Source: an uncultured delta proteobacterium
GTDB taxonomy: Bacteria; Myxococcota_A; Polyangia; Polyangiales; Polyangiaceae
Direction of reading: 5' to 3'
NCBI GenBank assembly: GCA_963716725.1
Contig: CAVQUB010000009.1
Coordinates: 256,001 to 320,000 of the forward strand
Length of the DNA stretch: 64,000 bases
The notes under the pieces were generated by a model. It was not told where the DNA came from, did no database searches, and saw only the letters and a list, made by a program, of their open reading frames with translations. The first letter of the stretch is position 1, and every line of letters begins with the position of its first letter. Shown here one piece after another: positions 61,244 to 64,000 of the stretch. Position numbers and translations under genes: made by a program.

Positions 61244-63267
61244 GCTTCGTCGTTGGACTCGCGCTCGCGGTGGCGGCGTTGGTGGCGGCGCCATTTCTGG
61301 CCCACCTGCTGCGCCGGTCGCGGGCGGACGAGCGCGAGTTCCCGCCCGCACATCTGGTTCCGACGGTGGAGCCGGTCGCGCGCCAACGCAGCCGCATCGA
61401 AGACCGGGTCCTGCTTGCGGTTCGCGCGGCCATGATCTTGGCGCTGGCCGTGCTCGGCGCAACGCCCCTGGTGCGCTGTTCCCGGCTGTCCATCGCGCGC
61501 CAAAGCGGGGGCTCCGTCGCGCTGGCGGTGGTCATCGACGACTCCCTCAGCATGCGCGCCCGGCTGCCGTCGGGAAAGTCACGCTTTGATCGAGCGGTGA
61601 GCGGGGCCTCGGATCTGCTCGCGGCGGCGCGCGAAGGCGACGCAGTGGCTATCGTGCTCGCGGGTGCGCCAGCGCGACTCGCCCTGGCTGCGACCACCGA
61701 TCTCACAGCCGCGCGGCGCGCCCTCGCTGAACTCGCCGTCACGGACCGTGCAACTGATCTCGAAGCCGCCGTGCAGCTGGCACGTTCGTCGGTGAAGCCC
61801 CTGCCCCACGTCGATCGCCGGGTCGTGCTGCTCAGTGATTTCGCTGGAGCTGCCATCCCCGAAGGACAGCCGGCCATTTGGGCGCCGCTCGCCGAGCTCC
61901 GCAAGGCCGTCGACGACTGCGCCGTGGTGTCCGCCGAGAGCCACGGCCGTCGCATCACCGCCAACATCGCATGCTCGTCGGGACGAGCCGCCCGGGGCCG
62001 CTCGCTCGAGCTGGTGGTGAGCGGTGGACCGCCGGCGAACCTGGCGGACGGTGGAATCGCCACCAAGGCCAAGACCGGTGAAGTCGTGGCCAGTGCCAAG
62101 CTCAACGCCCGCGCCGGGGAGCAGAGCATCGCGTTGGAACCGTCGATCTTGGGCGCAGGCCTCGACGCCCAGCTGTCGGGCAAGGACGCCATCGCCGAAG
62201 ACGATCGCGCGCCGGTTGCTCCAGAGTCCCAGGTGCTGGAGCTCGGCGTGATGTCGGACCTCGCCACGGCGAGCGTGACGACCGGCGGCTCGACGGTGGT
62301 CGAGCAAGCGCTGGACGCGCTGGCGCTCGACGTCGGTGTGCGCCCGCTCTCCACGCTGCCCGACGATGTCAAAGAACTGAAGCGCTTCGTCGCGCTCGTC
62401 CTCGACGATCCGAGCGGCTTCGGTCCGGAGGCGCGCGCCGCGCTCGGCGAGTGGCTCGAAGGCGGCGGCGTGGCCGTCGCGCTCCTGGGGCCGCGCGCCG
62501 AGAGCGTGCAACTGGGGACGACGCTGGAGCCCTTCGTGAGCGGCGCGCTGGCGTGGAGCAGCACCACGAGCAGCGGCGTCGATCCCGGCACTGTCGCCTG
62601 GCTCGGCGCACCGGGCTCGAGTCTGGCGAGTCTCGGGCCCCGAGGTCGGGTGCGGCTCGAGACCACGCTCTTGCCCGGCACCAACGTGCTCGCGCGCTGG
62701 GACGATGCGCAGCCCTTCGCGCTGGCGCGCGACGTCGGGCGCGGGCTCGCGCTCACGGTCGCGCTGCCGAGCTCGCCGGATCTGAGCGACTTCGCCCTCC
62801 GCCCGGGATTCCTGGCGCTGCTCGAGCACGTGGTGGAGCAGGCTGAACGTCGGACCGGACCGAAACGCACCGTCGCCGGCGTCGCATGGGCCTTTCCAGC
62901 AGCAAAGCGGGTCGAGGTCGAAGGTCCCCGGGGCACGCTGCCAGAGGCGGCGCTGGAGCGCGACGGCGCACAACGCGCCTTCGTGCCGGAGCTGATCGGT
63001 CGATACCGCATTGTCGCCGACGGCGTGACGGAGCACCGCACCGTCAACTTGGCTTCGGCGGAAATCACTACTCTGCCACTGGAGCCGAACCAGAACGGCG
63101 AGCGCACCGTGACCACCGGCGTCGAAAGCCAAGTCGACGTGTCGTCCGAGGTCGCCCTCGTGCTCTTGGCGCTCCTCGTGCTCGAGCTCGCGCTACGCGC
63201 TGCGGGGCGCCTCGCACCTCGTCGCGCACGGCGTCGTGCCGATCCGACCCCGCGTGCCTCGAGCTAG
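61240..63267 (+). CDS. BatA + vWA domain membrane protein
   Basis: PFLAHLL..EFP, VIDDSLSM (MIDAS), LLSDF, C-terminal TM. Confidence 0.85.
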   Translation: MSFVVGLALAVAALVAAPFLAHLLRRSRADEREFPPAHLVPTVEPVARQRSRIEDRVLLAVRAAMILALAVLGATPLVRCSRLSIARQSGGSVALAVVIDDSLSMRARLPSGKSRFDRAVSGASDLLAAAREGDAVAIVLAGAPARLALAATTDLTAARRALAELAVTDRATDLEAAVQLARSSVKPLPHVDRRVVLLSDFAGAAIPEGQPAIWAPLAELRKAVDDCAVVSAESHGRRITANIACSSGRAARGRSLELVVSGGPPANLADGGIATKAKTGEVVASAKLNARAGEQSIALEPSILGAGLDAQLSGKDAIAEDDRAPVAPESQVLELGVMSDLATASVTTGGSTVVEQALDALALDVGVRPLSTLPDDVKELKRFVALVLDDPSGFGPEARAALGEWLEGGGVAVALLGPRAESVQLGTTLEPFVSGALAWSSTTSSGVDPGTVAWLGAPGSSLASLGPRGRVRLETTLLPGTNVLARWDDAQPFALARDVGRGLALTVALPSSPDLSDFALRPGFLALLEHVVEQAERRTGPKRTVAGVAWAFPAAKRVEVEGPRGTLPEAALERDGAQRAFVPELIGRYRIVADGVTEHRTVNLASAEITTLPLEPNQNGERTVTTGVESQVDVSSEVALVLLALLVLELALRAAGRLAPRRARRRADPTPRASS

Positions 63268-63301
63268 CTCCCCACGAAGCGCCGTGATAGTTCCACGCAC
63301 C

Positions 63302-63841
63302 ATGAAGGTTCGCGGTCTCGTCATCTTGGGCCTGGTCCTCGCGGGCTGTCACTCACCCGGGCTCTACGGCCACAGCCAGGTGTACGCGCCGCTCAGCGAC
63401 GAAGAGTCCGCGCTGGAGCGCGCCAAGGAGTACGACCCCGTGATGGCTCAGCGCACTCCCGACGAGTGGAAGGGCAAGCTGATCACCCTCTTCGGCGTGG
63501 TCAAGTCGCGCCACCCGGGTCCCGGAGGCAACGCCGATCTCGCGCTGAGCGTGCGCACCCTCGAAGCGCGAAACCTGTGTGACACCTCGGACGAAGACAC
63601 CTGTCGCGTTACGGTCAGCGATCGCGAACACGCCGCCGTGCACGCTCACGCGCGACTCAGCGGAGACGACGATATTGGCCGGAAGAGCGTCGGGGCCGGT
63701 TCGTTGGTGCGGGTCGTCGGCACCCTGACCGACAGCGTGGACGCGAACGACGGCGCGCCGGTCGTGAAAGTGACCTATGTCCGGCACTGGCCCCGGGATT
63801 TCTACGTGACCTCGGCGGATCGCGAACACATGCGCCGCTGA
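63302..63841 (+). CDS. Hypothetical lipoprotein (possibly OB-fold)
   Basis: Lipobox LAGC; GKLITLFGVV..VRVVG. Confidence 0.7.
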   Translation: MKVRGLVILGLVLAGCHSPGLYGHSQVYAPLSDEESALERAKEYDPVMAQRTPDEWKGKLITLFGVVKSRHPGPGGNADLALSVRTLEARNLCDTSDEDTCRVTVSDREHAAVHAHARLSGDDDIGRKSVGAGSLVRVVGTLTDSVDANDGAPVVKVTYVRHWPRDFYVTSADREHMRR

Positions 63842-63892
63842 GCGCGGATTCCATTGCTCCGCGCGAGGCCTGTGGTATTCGTCGCGCCTCTC

Positions 63893-64000
63893 ATGCGTCG
63901 ACTCGTCGCCTCCGCGCTCTTCGCCTGCGCGCTGTCCTCCGTCTCCCTCGAGGCCGAAGCCACCGTGATCGAAAAGGTCGTGGCCGTGGTCGGCGAACGC
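63893..64000 (+). CDS. SurA N-terminal-like periplasmic chaperone (partial)
   Basis: Signal peptide then VIEKVVAVVGER. Confidence 0.6.
   Translation, partial: MRRLVASALFACALSSVSLEAEATVIEKVVAVVGER

Overview
High-GC bacterial chromosomal window. The gene content points to Myxococcota, probably Polyangiales/Sorangiineae (inference): many Gly-linker lipoproteins, Ser/Thr kinases with PEGA/TPR partners, an FHA-sigma54 activator, AgmX/PglI and MYXO-CTERM domains, and Cys-rich and TSP3 repeats. About 52 coding genes can be supported. Housekeeping genes include cutA, cysH, uvrA, a DnaQ-like exonuclease, a DsbA-like protein, dcp, gdx/sugE and an OPT transporter. There are also two hybrid histidine kinases, four Ser/Thr kinase-fold genes (one a likely pseudokinase), three GT-C-like membrane proteins (one strongly TMTC-like), a hipBA toxin-antitoxin pair and several decayed gene fragments. 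I saw no rRNA, tRNA, CRISPR array or transposase. Best leads: (1) a PEGA-partner / FHA-bEBP / Ser-Thr kinase cassette divergent from a sigma54 promoter that drives a stand-alone WYL-regulator-type winged HTH; (2) a window-wide TAnnnT motif 6-10 nt before start codons, suggesting widespread leaderless mRNAs; (3) a lipoprotein-anchored tandem-ExbD plus AgmX/PglI pair with no motor subunits; (4) a MinD-J-RodZ-HTH fusion; (5) a possible non-canonical riboswitch before gdx. All family assignments come from recognising motifs by eye; no searches were run.
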